NCBI GenBank assembly: GCA_963748215.1
Contig: CAVVHS010000005.1
Span: forward strand, 64,001-128,000
DNA length: 64,000 nt
Direction: 5' to 3'
From: an uncultured Gammaproteobacteria bacterium
GTDB lineage: Bacteria; Pseudomonadota; Gammaproteobacteria; UBA9214
Part shown: positions 30,075-39,665 of the stretch, in pieces
How the letters are laid out: every line of letters begins with the position of its first letter
Position numbering within the stretch: the first letter of the stretch is position 1
The notes under the pieces: generated by a model
The model's database searches: none
Seen by the model: only the letters and a program-made list of their open reading frames with translations
What the model was told of the DNA's origin: nothing
Program-made: the position numbers and the translations under genes

Positions 30075-30659
30075 ATGAAATCCGCCAGCACCCTGCTACT
30101 GATCAGTCTTGCCCTCACCACTTTCTATGGCTGCGCCCCCATCGTGGTGGGGGGCGCCGCGGCCAGCGGTAGCGCGCTGCACGACCGTCGCACCGTCGGC
30201 ACCTTTGTCGATGACGAGGGCATCGAGCTGAAGAGCCGCCTCGCCATACTTGATAACAAGGAACTGAACAGCCAGATCCATATCAACATTATCAGCATCA
30301 ACGGCGTGGCGCTGATGGTAGGCCAGGCACCCACCGAGGCACTCAGGCAGCAGGCGCAGGGCATCGTTGCCGCAACGGAAAAAGTCCGCATGGTGCACAA
30401 TGAGATGACCATCGCGGCGCCCAACTCGCTCATGACCCGTTCCAGCGACACGCTGATCACCGCCAAGGTCAAGACCGCGCTGTTCAATATCAAGGGCCTC
30501 GAAAAATTCGATCCGACCCGCGTCAAGGTGGTCACCGAGGACGGTATCGTCTACCTGATGGGCTTGCTGTACCGGAACGAGGCGGCTGCCGTGAGCGACC
30601 AGGCGCGCCAGGTCGGCGGCGTGGAAAAGATAGTCAAGGTGTTCGAATACCTGGACTAG
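30075..30659 (+). CDS. dolP: Dual BON-domain lipoprotein DolP/YraP
   Basis: Lipobox FYGC, DRRTVGTFVDD, DTLITAKVK, VKVVTEDGIVYLMG. Confidence 0.88.
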   Translation: MKSASTLLLISLALTTFYGCAPIVVGGAAASGSALHDRRTVGTFVDDEGIELKSRLAILDNKELNSQIHINIISINGVALMVGQAPTEALRQQAQGIVAATEKVRMVHNEMTIAAPNSLMTRSSDTLITAKVKTALFNIKGLEKFDPTRVKVVTEDGIVYLMGLLYRNEAAAVSDQARQVGGVEKIVKVFEYLD

Positions 30660-30670
30660 GCTGTATCCGG

Positions 30671-30797
30671 GTGTTGTAGGAGCGGACCGCGTCCGCGATC
30701 TTTTCTGGAAATAACATCCCGCGATGTACATGGACGTACAAGTGCCGCGAGAGGGCATGGATGCCCGTAGCGGCCTTGCGAAGCGCACCTACAACAC
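30671..30797. repeat. GTAG REP doublet with a 51-nt hairpin element inserted in the second REP
   Basis: GTGTTGTAGGAGCGGACCGCGTCCGCGAT...CGCG[30724-30774]CTTGCGAAGCGCACCTACAACAC. Confidence 0.8.
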
Positions 30798-30837
30798 TCG
30801 GTCTATTTCACGAACAGGCGTTCGTGTTGACGGCCGG

Positions 30838-31281
30838 CTAGCGCCGCCTTTCCGCCCAGGACCCGGTCCTGCCGTTGAACGACAGCACCCGGCTGGTCGT
30901 GACGATAACGGCCGACGTGTCTTCCGCCTCGGTACTGACTACCTTTTCCCCGGCCACACGGCGGTTACTCGACCAGCCCGTGGGCCACACGCCAACACCG
31001 GCAAAACGCTGGTTGGTGATGACAATGGCGACCCCCTTGGCCACGACACGCTGCTCGACCACCTCCTTGGCACTCATGTCGAGGTCGAAGAACTGGCCGG
31101 TCTCGGCGTTGACCGCGGTCACGCGCCTGTCTTCCTTCACCAGGAATATGGCCTTGCCGACCTCTTCGCCGCCTGCCGTGGCGGCGCTGGCCAGCAACAG
31201 GACGCCGACCAGACCGCACAGGCCGAATGTGGAAACTCTTGATACTGGCACTGGATTCTCCCGAATGGTTGTCCAGTCCAT
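30838..31281 (-). CDS. Hypothetical exported beta-rich protein
   Basis: Signal-like [16 protein letters not shown], then two similar beta-strand repeats ([12 protein letters not shown] / [15 protein letters not shown]). Start uncertain. Confidence 0.55.
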   Translation of the reverse strand: MDWTTIRENPVPVSRVSTFGLCGLVGVLLLASAATAGGEEVGKAIFLVKEDRRVTAVNAETGQFFDLDMSAKEVVEQRVVAKGVAIVITNQRFAGVGVWPTGWSSNRRVAGEKVVSTEAEDTSAVIVTTSRVLSFNGRTGSWAERRR

Positions 31282-31398
31282 TATAGGCCCTTGCGGTGTC
31301 GCCGCCCCGGCAGCGGCACCACCCGCCGCGGACCGGATGGCGGGCCTGTGCACCCGCACATTATAATAATGTCCCGATTTCCCCAGCGAGCACGCCCC

Positions 31399-32415
31399 AT
31401 GGACAATACCGCCCACCCGATCGTCGTCTGCGCCCTGTACCGGTTCGTTCGCCTGGACGATTTCCGCGATCTGCGCGATCCTCTGCAGCAGGTAATGGAA
31501 CAACACGGCGTCAGCGGCACCCTGTTACTGGCCGGGGAAGGCATCAACGGCACGGTCGCCGGCACGCGCGCCGCCATCGATGCCCTGCTCGCGTGGCTGC
31601 AGCGCGATAGCCGCCTGGCCGGCCTCGAATTCAAGGAATCGGTGACCGACCGGCCGCCGTTCAAGCGCAGCCGGGTGAAACTGAAAAAGGAAATCGTCAC
31701 CATGGGCGTGGCGGACATCGATCCGAACCGGGTAGCGGGCACCTACGTCAGCCCGTCCGACTGGAACGCCCTGATCAACGACCCGGATGTACTGCTGGTG
31801 GATACCCGCAACGATTACGAGGTCCGCGTCGGCACCTTCCGCAACGCCATCAACCCGGGCACTGCCACGTTCCGCGAATTTCCGGACTTCGTGCACGAAC
31901 AGCTCGACCCGGCGCGTCACCGCAAGGTGGCGATGTTCTGCACCGGCGGCATCCGCTGCGAGAAGTCCACCGCCTACCTGAAGCAGCAGGGCTTCAGCGA
32001 GGTGTATCACCTGCAGGGCGGCATCCTGAAATATCTGGAGGAAGTACCCGCGCAGGAATCACTCTGGCAAGGCGAATGTTTCGTCTTCGACGAACGCGTC
32101 ACGGTAGATCACAGCCTGCAGAAAGGCAGCTTCGAACAGTGCCATGCCTGCCGCATGCCGATCTCGGCCAGCGACATGGCCAGTGATGACTACCGGCCGG
32201 GCGTGAGCTGTCCGCACTGTGCCGGCACGCTCAGCGAGCAGCAGCGCACACGGTTTGCGGAACGCGAAAAGCAGGCGCGGCTGGCCCGCGCGCGCGGCGC
32301 GCACCACATGGGCGCCGCAGCGCGAGTGACCATGCAGGAAAACCGCGCCATCAAGCAGCTCGACAAGGAACGCCAGCGGCACTCGCTGGCGTTACAGAAC
32401 GCGCGCCATCGCTGA
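31399..32415 (+). CDS. trhO: Rhodanese-domain tRNA U34 hydroxylase (YceA/TrhO, UPF0176)
   Basis: [41 protein letters not shown]. Confidence 0.9.
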   Translation: MDNTAHPIVVCALYRFVRLDDFRDLRDPLQQVMEQHGVSGTLLLAGEGINGTVAGTRAAIDALLAWLQRDSRLAGLEFKESVTDRPPFKRSRVKLKKEIVTMGVADIDPNRVAGTYVSPSDWNALINDPDVLLVDTRNDYEVRVGTFRNAINPGTATFREFPDFVHEQLDPARHRKVAMFCTGGIRCEKSTAYLKQQGFSEVYHLQGGILKYLEEVPAQESLWQGECFVFDERVTVDHSLQKGSFEQCHACRMPISASDMASDDYRPGVSCPHCAGTLSEQQRTRFAEREKQARLARARGAHHMGAAARVTMQENRAIKQLDKERQRHSLALQNARHR

Positions 32416-32514
32416 CACGATACCCTTCCTGCGTTTGGACAACGTTTTGAATGTATCACTTCGAGCGGCAGCCGCCGTTTAGTCGGTAAATTAATTGTTT
32501 GCGCGACTGAATCA

Positions 32515-33075
32515 TTACCGTCCATCGGCGCCGCAACACAGGTCACGGGACCAGGGCGCAAGGGATAGGGAGGAAAGTGCGCCCTTGATAAATACCCTGG
32601 TCTGCGAATATTCGCTATAGAGAAACATGATATAGGCATCCGCCTTACCGTCCTTGTGGATACCGATCAGGAGCGCCTGACTGTAGTCATCCGAGAAGTC
32701 CGGGTTTACGTCGTATACCGCTGCCGCGGCCCAGCCCGCATTGAACAGTTCCTGTGCCTGTACTTGCGGATATTCCGAGTTGGGGGTGCCGCCGGCACCG
32801 GACAGCTCGGCGGTCAGCGACTCGAACAGCAACGGGAATAGGACGTCACCCCGGCCGGCATCGCGGCGGGCTATGACTTTGACGTCGGCCATGGCAGCAA
32901 GCTCGGGATCAATGCCGGCTACGTCTCGCTGCCAGCCGGCATGAAGGAATTCTGCGGCAACATGGCGCATGGCCAGGCGGTATTCAACACCTCCATGAAT
33001 GATGTCGGGCTGACCGCTGCTGCGGGTCTGTTTGATATCGGCGAGATATAGTTCCAATGACAGCGATTGTGTCAA
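32515..33075 (-). pseudogene. Probably 5'-truncated hypothetical protein
   Basis: Protein-like reading (ELFNAGWAAAAVYDVNPDFSDDYSQALLIGIHKDGKADAYIMFLY), but only a TTG start, which abuts an oppositely oriented gene fragment. Confidence 0.4.
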
Positions 33076-33077
33076 CC

Positions 33078-33558
33078 CTCCGTCCCCTTACCAGCGCAAC
33101 AACGGCGAGCGTGACTACACCATCTGGGTCGGCAACCTGCAGGCGAAGCTCAAGGCAGGTGGACGGCCGCTGGCCGTCGGCGTGGACTACACGCACAACA
33201 CCGTAGACTATGTTGCCGGTGTCACTCCCGGCGTTAACGCCACCAACCAGAACGAGACCGACGGCTGGGATGCCTATGTCACCTACGGCAGCACCAAGAG
33301 CAAGGGCGACTGGCTGCTGGGTTACTGGTATGCACACATCGAGCAGTTTGCCGTAAACAGCTCCTTTGCCCAGGATGACTGGGTGGCTGGGGCTCTGCTA
33401 CCGAGGCCCGTGCCAGTGACATGAAGGGACACGAGCTGCGTGCCGCCTACGGGCTCGGTGATGGCATGAACCTGATGGCGCGCCTGTACCTGGTAGAGGC
33501 AATCACCAGCGTCGAGGACGGCAACCGCTTCCGGATCGACTTTAACTACAGCTTCTGG
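33078..33558 (+). pseudogene. 3' fragment of an outer-membrane beta-barrel (putative porin) gene, frameshifted
   Basis: ...KGDWLLGYWYAHIEQFAVNSSFAQDDWV, then one base missing at about 33386, then WGSATEARASDMKGHELRAAYG...RFRIDFNYSF (terminal-Phe beta-signal). TGG stands where a stop is expected; a terminator follows. Confidence 0.65.
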
Positions 33559-33577
33559 ATTCGACTGTCAGTAAATG

Positions 33578-33613
33578 AATGCCCGGTACCGCAAAGGGTG
33601 CCGGGCATTTTTT
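33578..33613 (+). terminator. Intrinsic terminator of the former porin gene
   Basis: AATGCCCGGTACC-GCAAAG-GGTGCCGGGCATT followed by TTTT. Confidence 0.75.
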
Positions 33614-33852
33614 CTGGCCGGGGAACGCTGGCAGCATACGTGCAGCAGTGGGGTTTTCTGCTCTTGGGAATGGCTGATTCTGGCCGTATACTGGCCATCT
33701 ATTGCCCTCCACAATAGCTATCAATCAACTAGCCCACGGAGTATAAATTCACCCATCATCTTGCCCCAGATCAATATGCTACAAGCCCCCATGTGCCATA
33801 ATATCGCCGCTCTAGTTAATTAGCGCGTTTGTTTACACACGAGGTAATACCA

Positions 33853-34245
33853 ATGAAAAACGTTAAAACAATTCTTGCCGCCGCTGCAATTGCCGGCTTG
33901 GTCGCAGTCCCGATGTCATCCGCCCATGCTTGGGGCGGTAATGACTGGGGTTCCGACTGGGGCCCCTTCGACGGTGATGGGTGGGGTGATATGGACTTCA
34001 ACATGAGCGGTGGTGGTTCCGGTCGTGGCCATGGTCGTGGCTACGGTCGTGGCTATGGCTACGGCTATGGTGGTGGCCCGTACGGTTACGGCGGCTACCC
34101 TGGCTATGGCGGCTGGGGTGGTCCTGGCTATGGCGGCGGCTATCCCGGTGGCTATGGCGGTGGTTATCCCGGTGGCTACGGCGGCTATGCCCCCTATGGC
34201 TATGCTCCGGTTGCCCCGGCTGCACCGGCTGCACCAAGCCAGTAA
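33853..34245 (+). CDS. Sulfur globule envelope protein (SgpA/SgpB-like)
   Basis: Sec signal ending AHA-W, then [29 protein letters not shown] repeats and an APAAPAAP tail, like Allochromatium vinosum SgpA/B; GAGG RBS. Confidence 0.85.
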   Translation: MKNVKTILAAAAIAGLVAVPMSSAHAWGGNDWGSDWGPFDGDGWGDMDFNMSGGGSGRGHGRGYGRGYGYGYGGGPYGYGGYPGYGGWGGPGYGGGYPGGYGGGYPGGYGGYAPYGYAPVAPAAPAAPSQ

Positions 34246-34279
34246 GTCCTGCCCAGGCAGTTCTTCACTATGCTCCATT

Positions 34280-34307
34280 CGGCGGCCTTCGGGTCGCCGT
34301 TTTCTTT
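34280..34307 (+). terminator. Intrinsic terminator after sgp
   Basis: CGGCGGCC-TTCG-GGTCGCCG followed by TTTTCTTT. Confidence 0.8.
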
Positions 34308-34556
34308 CCTGGGAACGGCAACTACTGGCCGATCCTGGTCCTGGACGAGGCGCTTGTATAAGATTTCGCTAAACAGCGGCAGACGACCCGTTGCAGCCAT
34401 TCAAGCTGAATATCTGAACGTCTGAAAAAGCAGAAGAGACGGATGCACACATAATGCTGCGCTAATCGATCGGTCATGTGGCCGGCGTCGGGGTGCCCGG
34501 CAGAAATCGGAGTCTGAGGGCCTGTGGATGATGTCGGAAATCTGCGCTTCTCGGAT

Positions 34557-35816
34557 TTACATGATGGTCTGCAGGGCGTCGTGAGCCTGCTCAAATGCGT
34601 TGATATACAGTACGTTCAATTCCCCGGTTGGCAACAATTCGCAGGCCGGGTCGTGCCAGTTGCCGCGTTCCAACGCTATAGCGCACTTGATCTGATCGCC
34701 ATAGTGGCCAGTCTGATGGGTCAGGGCCTGCGCTACCTCGTCTGGCAGGGGCAATTGTCTCACCAGCTCCTTAATGGGCATATCCAGCAAGGTATCAAGC
34801 ACCGATAGCAGTCCCACAATGTAAGCACTCTCCGGGGTTCCTGTGTCGAGGCTGCGAGACAGGGACTCGCACAGATAGGCTCGTACCATGCCGGTAGTGA
34901 TGACCTCGGCGGATTTGTCTGTCTGGCGTGCCATGATTACCAGAGAGACCCAGGCACGGATGCGGGCCATGCCGATATAGATTACGGCCTGGCGGATGGA
35001 ATCCATCTGGCGGGGAAGGCCCAAACCCGCCGAGTTGATATATTTGAGTGCCTTGAAGCTCAGCGACGGATCCTGTGCAATGAGTCGTTCTAGGGTGTCG
35101 ATGGTGCAGTCGGGATTATTGAGTTTGGCCAGCAATTGCAATATAACCACCTGGTTTTGTTGCAGCCGGCGGCCGCTGACCAACTTGGGTTTGGCGAAGA
35201 AGTAGCCTTGGAACAGGTCGAACCCGAGCCGGTAGGCGAGCTCGAATTCAGCCTGGGTTTCCACCTTCTCTGCCAACAGGATCAGGCCCTGCTCCTTGAG
35301 GGCCTGCAAATGGTCGGCTAGAGCCTCCAAATCCAAACCGGTGATGTCCACCTTGATATGCGATACAAATGGCAGCAAGGGATCCCAGCGGGATTCAAAG
35401 CGATAGTCGTCCAGGGCCACCTGGTAGCCTGCCTCGGTCAGGCTCCTGACCGCCTCGATCAGCGGCGGGTCCACCGGGATGTCCTCCAAGACTTCAAGCA
35501 CCACCCGGTCTTTATAAAAGGGAATTGGCGGCAGTTCGGTGAAGAAGGTCTTGGTTAGATTGACGAAGATTTTGTGGGGACCTGCGATGCGCTCCAGGCC
35601 GATTTCAATGAAAGTGTTGAGCAAGGTGCGTGAAGTCGCCAGATCGCCATCGAAATCCCGTCCTGGCCCATGTCCCGCTTCGCGGTACAGTAGCTCGTAT
35701 GCTTGGGTGTTGAGATTTCTATCGAGGATTGCTTGGCGGCCCACCTGGACTGTATCGTGAACACGCTGCTTGTGGGCAGCTTGCCTATTCTTAAGTGGGC
35801 TTGACTGTTTTGACAT
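34557..35816 (-). CDS. EAL + HDOD domain protein (YuxH/CdgJ-like c-di-GMP phosphodiesterase)
   Basis: RQAILD..AYELLYR, LEVLE, ALDDY, IKVD, AEKVET, FQGYFF; HDOD part IAQDPSLSFKALKYINS...GLLSVLD. Confidence 0.88.
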   Translation of the reverse strand: MSKQSSPLKNRQAAHKQRVHDTVQVGRQAILDRNLNTQAYELLYREAGHGPGRDFDGDLATSRTLLNTFIEIGLERIAGPHKIFVNLTKTFFTELPPIPFYKDRVVLEVLEDIPVDPPLIEAVRSLTEAGYQVALDDYRFESRWDPLLPFVSHIKVDITGLDLEALADHLQALKEQGLILLAEKVETQAEFELAYRLGFDLFQGYFFAKPKLVSGRRLQQNQVVILQLLAKLNNPDCTIDTLERLIAQDPSLSFKALKYINSAGLGLPRQMDSIRQAVIYIGMARIRAWVSLVIMARQTDKSAEVITTGMVRAYLCESLSRSLDTGTPESAYIVGLLSVLDTLLDMPIKELVRQLPLPDEVAQALTHQTGHYGDQIKCAIALERGNWHDPACELLPTGELNVLYINAFEQAHDALQTIM

Positions 35817-35842
35817 CCTTGGAGCCTCTCTCCGTCTACATT

Positions 35843-35870
35843 ATGTCGTCCGTCCCACTTGTGACTTGAG
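35843..35870 (-). promoter_or_regulatory. Possible sigma28 (FliA) promoter of the EAL/HDOD gene
   Basis: CTCAAG-N14-GACGACAT versus consensus TCAAG-N14-GCCGATAA, 27 bp before the ATG. Confidence 0.35.
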
Positions 35871-36338
35871 ATCATCATCCCCGCTTTTCGCTTCAGGTTT
35901 TGCACTGGATTTCATTGACCGTTTGGCGGCCCGGATCCCTAAGCCCTGAGTGAACCTGACCCGGCAACACGGTCTGCACACCCCATCGTATTTTTGATCC
36001 AAGTTGCAGCGGATTGATAACGGTAATTTAATAATCGCTGACAGTATTAAAACGGACGTTTACTGGAATGTGGCAAATGACGTGTATTGGCCGGTAGTTG
36101 CCGCCCAGTAACCACGTATCCGCGGAGTTTTCTTTAACCGGAAACGGCAAATTTATTACCAATAGCAGACATTCAGAAATACCGCTTAGTTACCCGCGTA
36201 CCGGAAATTTCGTTTCCAGGTGCAGGCGGTCATTCAGCAATCATGCTGACTCACTTTTGACCAACCTATCACTCCCTGCTTTTCACTTTCGGGCGCTAGC
36301 TGCTTCGCATTTATTCAGCGGCGCCTGCAGGCACCCTG

Positions 36339-37742
36339 TTATCGGCGTTTCTTCGCGACGTGTTTTTTCAGGCGCACCTTGCGCTTGACCTGGCGCGGCG
36401 TTAGCGTGTTCCTGCGTCCCTGGTAGGGATTCGCGCCGGTCTTGAACTCGATGCGGATCGGTGTTCCCGTCAGCTGCATGGCGGTACGAAAGGTATTCAC
36501 CAGGTAACGACGGTAGGTCGCTGGCACGGCGGCGGTCTGGTTGCCGTGAATCACGATGACCGGCGGATTGCGGCCGCCCTGGTGGGCGTAGCGCAGCTTG
36601 ATACGCCGGCCACGCACCAGCGGCGGCTGGTGTGCCTGCACGGCGCGTTCCAGGATCCGGGTCAGTTCCGGCGTGGACAGCTCGCGCGTTGCCGACTCAT
36701 GGGCCTGCCGGACCTGGGGAAACAGCTCGCCCACGCCGGTACCGTGTTTTGCGGAAATGAAGGTCCTGGTGGCGAAGTCGAGAAACGGCAGGCGCCGGTT
36801 CAACTGCTCGCGGATCGTATCGCGCGCATGACTGTCCAGGCCATCCCACTTGTTGACCGCGACGATCAGCGCCCGCCCCTTCTCGGTAATATAACCGGCC
36901 AGACTGGCATCCTGTTCACTGATCTGGCGCTGTGCATCCAGCACCAGGATGACCACGTGAGCGGCATCGATGGCCTGCAGCGTCTTGATGACGCTGAACT
37001 TCTCGACAGTTTCCTGGACGCGCGCGCGGCGCCGCACGCCGGCCGTGTCGATCAGGGTGTAGTCCACGTCGTCACGCCGCAGCGGGATGAATATGCTGTC
37101 CCGCGTCGTACCCGGCATGTCGAACACCAGCACGCGTTCCTCGCCCAGCATACGGTTGATGAGCGTCGACTTGCCGGCATTCGGGCGTCCGACCACGGCG
37201 ACGCGGATACTGCCATCCCCGGCTTCTGCCGTACCGTCTTGCGCCGCGGCGGACGGCAGCCGCGTCATCGCCAGATCCATTAGCGCACCGACGCCACGCC
37301 CGTGGCTGGCGGCAATCGGCACCGGGTCGCCCAGGCCGAGCGTGTAAAAATCCGCCAGCGCGGTTGTTTCATCGATACCGTCGGTCTTGTTGACGACGAG
37401 GATGCAGGGCTTGCCGGTGCGGCGCAGTGCGACGGCCACCGTCTCGTCCAGCGCGGTCAGGCCGTCACGTGCATCGACCATGAAGAACACCAGGTCCGCC
37501 TCGGTCACGGCCTGCCAGGCCTGGCGGGCCATCATCCCTTCCAGGTCACCGTTTTCACCGGTCAGGCCACCGGTGTCGATGGCGATATACGGGCGTTCGC
37601 CGAGCCGGCCGTCGCCGTACTGGCGATCGCGCGTCAGCCCGGGAAAGTCGGCAACCAGGGCATCGCGGGTGCGGGTGATGCGGTTGAACAGGGTCGACTT
37701 GCCGACGTTCGGACGACCCACGAGTGCAATGACCGGTAACAT
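36339..37742 (-). CDS. der: Ribosome biogenesis GTPase Der
   Basis: Two GTPase domains ([18 protein letters not shown]), DTGG/DTAG, KH-like tail. Confidence 0.98.
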   Translation of the reverse strand: MLPVIALVGRPNVGKSTLFNRITRTRDALVADFPGLTRDRQYGDGRLGERPYIAIDTGGLTGENGDLEGMMARQAWQAVTEADLVFFMVDARDGLTALDETVAVALRRTGKPCILVVNKTDGIDETTALADFYTLGLGDPVPIAASHGRGVGALMDLAMTRLPSAAAQDGTAEAGDGSIRVAVVGRPNAGKSTLINRMLGEERVLVFDMPGTTRDSIFIPLRRDDVDYTLIDTAGVRRRARVQETVEKFSVIKTLQAIDAAHVVILVLDAQRQISEQDASLAGYITEKGRALIVAVNKWDGLDSHARDTIREQLNRRLPFLDFATRTFISAKHGTGVGELFPQVRQAHESATRELSTPELTRILERAVQAHQPPLVRGRRIKLRYAHQGGRNPPVIVIHGNQTAAVPATYRRYLVNTFRTAMQLTGTPIRIEFKTGANPYQGRRNTLTPRQVKRKVRLKKHVAKKRR

Positions 37743-37811
37743 GGCGTCGGGTAAGGAATCGTGTTGGCTGGAAAAGCTGCGCTGCCGGCGCGCACAGGCG
37801 CCGGCGGCCGG

Positions 37812-38984
37812 CTATTTATCTTTCAGGGTGTAGGCAATCAGCTTGCCGGAATTACCGAACACGTACAGCGTGTCCTTGATCGCCAGCGGCCTGGCGCGAA
37901 TACCCGCGCCGTCCGCCTCGATACGTGCGGCGATGTGTCCGTCATAGCGCGACAGCAGGTGCACATAGCCCTGCGAATCGGCAACGACGACATAATCGCC
38001 GAACGGTTGCGGGGCGGTCAGGCCGCGCCATGCCAGGCTGTCGTTCTTCCATGCCGAGGCCCCCGTGTTGCGTGACAGCGCCCACACCTGGCTCTTGTCA
38101 TCGGTGATGTAGACCTGCGAGAAGTCCACGCCCAGGCCCGCACTGGAAGACATATCGCGTTCCCAGCCGACGTTGCCGCTGCGCAGTTCGAGCATGGCGA
38201 TACGGCCCTGGTAGGTGGTAACGAACACGGCACCGCCGACGATCACCGGATCGCCGTCGATATCGACGATGCGCTCGAGTTCGGAGCGTCCCTGCGGGAC
38301 GGCAATGCTCTTCTCCCAGACCGGGAATCCCCTGTCAGCGCTGAACGCTACCAGCTTGCCGTTGGAGAAACCGGCCACCACCAGCCCCAGCGATACCGCC
38401 GGGGTGCTGGTGCCACGCAAGGTGAGCACCGGCACCGTCCGGTCGTTGATCCACAATTGACTGCCATCGGCGCCGTCCAGTGCGGCGATACTGCCATCGG
38501 CGGTTTGCACGATGACCTTGTCGAGGTCGATCCTGGGCACCGACAGCACCTCGCTGCTGACATCAACCCGCCAGCGCACGGCGCCGTCCCCGGCATCCAG
38601 CGCGATCACTTCCGCATCACTGCTGCCGACCACCACCATACCCTCGCCGACCCCTGGACCGGCCGCGAGCGCGGTGTCCATGTCAGTCGACCACAAGCGC
38701 TTGCCGCTTGCTGCATCGAGCGCCACGACCCGGCCCTTGCGGTCGGCGACGTACAATCGATCGCCGGCAACAGCCGGCTGCAGGTTGATGAACTGTTCGT
38801 CGTAACCGACGCCGATATCCACGCTCCAGCGTTTGTCGAATTGTGCCGACGCCTCGATGTCGGTCAGCGGTGTCGGCGGTTCGGCGTTGTCATCACCGCC
38901 GAGGATGCTGTCGAACCATGACGACATCGTCGAGCAGCCGGACAACAGGCTGCCGAGCAGGAACAGCAGCAGGACCTGTCTCAC
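37812..38984 (-). CDS. bamB: Outer membrane protein assembly factor BamB
   Basis: Lipobox LSGC, PQQ-type propeller, LTLRGTSTP, GRSELERIVDID. Confidence 0.95.
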   Translation of the reverse strand: MRQVLLLFLLGSLLSGCSTMSSWFDSILGGDDNAEPPTPLTDIEASAQFDKRWSVDIGVGYDEQFINLQPAVAGDRLYVADRKGRVVALDAASGKRLWSTDMDTALAAGPGVGEGMVVVGSSDAEVIALDAGDGAVRWRVDVSSEVLSVPRIDLDKVIVQTADGSIAALDGADGSQLWINDRTVPVLTLRGTSTPAVSLGLVVAGFSNGKLVAFSADRGFPVWEKSIAVPQGRSELERIVDIDGDPVIVGGAVFVTTYQGRIAMLELRSGNVGWERDMSSSAGLGVDFSQVYITDDKSQVWALSRNTGASAWKNDSLAWRGLTAPQPFGDYVVVADSQGYVHLLSRYDGHIAARIEADGAGIRARPLAIKDTLYVFGNSGKLIAYTLKDK

Positions 38985-39643
38985 TGCCCGGCCTCCGTCC
39001 CGTCACCGCCGAGCGCGCGGGCATTGTCAAACTTGAGCTGCAGCAGGTGACTGCCAGGATAGTCCGCGGCGGCAATCGACAGTGCCTTGCTGTAAGCCGT
39101 GGCGGCCAGTTCCTGGTGCCCGCGCGCACTGTGGATATCGCCCTTGAGTTCGACAAACATCACTTCCGTATCGGCCTCCGGACCCGCCGCGAGCAGCACG
39201 GCCTCGGCGCCGTCGACATCCTGCAGTGCCAGCATGACGCGCGCCAGCCGCAGACGTGCGATGAGGCGGGTGTAATCCACGTCCGCATTGTCGACCACCC
39301 ACTGCAGCTGCGTCTGCGCGGCTTCCAGCTCACCTTCCTCGATCCTCAACCGGGCGATGGCGAGCGCCGCCAGCGCGGCGTACGGCGAGCCGCTGTAATC
39401 GGAGATCAGAATGCCGGCGCGTTCGGTCGTTGCCATGCGGTCGCCCTGCTCCAGCGTCGCGATCATCGAGGTATAGATATCGGATGCCTGCTGGGCGATG
39501 TTCTCACGCCAGGCAAACCAGGCCTTGGTGCCGAACAGGACAGCGATGCCGAGAATCACCCCGGTAATGATCGAGCTGCCGTTCGCCTGCCACCATTTCT
39601 TGATTGTTTCGAGCTGCTGCTGTTCTGTTACATTCGTTTCCAT
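38981..39643 (-). CDS. yfgM: YfgM ancillary SecYEG subunit (TPR_21)
   Basis: EQQQLETIKKWW, TM helix, ARLRLARV, ELKGDI; between hisS and bamB. Confidence 0.9.
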   Translation of the reverse strand: METNVTEQQQLETIKKWWQANGSSIITGVILGIAVLFGTKAWFAWRENIAQQASDIYTSMIATLEQGDRMATTERAGILISDYSGSPYAALAALAIARLRIEEGELEAAQTQLQWVVDNADVDYTRLIARLRLARVMLALQDVDGAEAVLLAAGPEADTEVMFVELKGDIHSARGHQELAATAYSKALSIAAADYPGSHLLQLKFDNARALGGDGTEAGQ

Positions 39644-39665
39644 CAAGGACTCCCGTCTCTGTCGA

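Noticed and set aside
34010-34245. Tandem DNA repeats (GGYTAYGGY-type) as a non-coding array
   Set aside because: Fully explained by the Gly/Tyr/Pro repeats of the sulfur-globule protein.
35945-35985. IS3-like terminal repeat remnant TGAACCTGACCCGGCAAC
   Set aside because: Loose resemblance only; no partner repeat or transposase fragment found.
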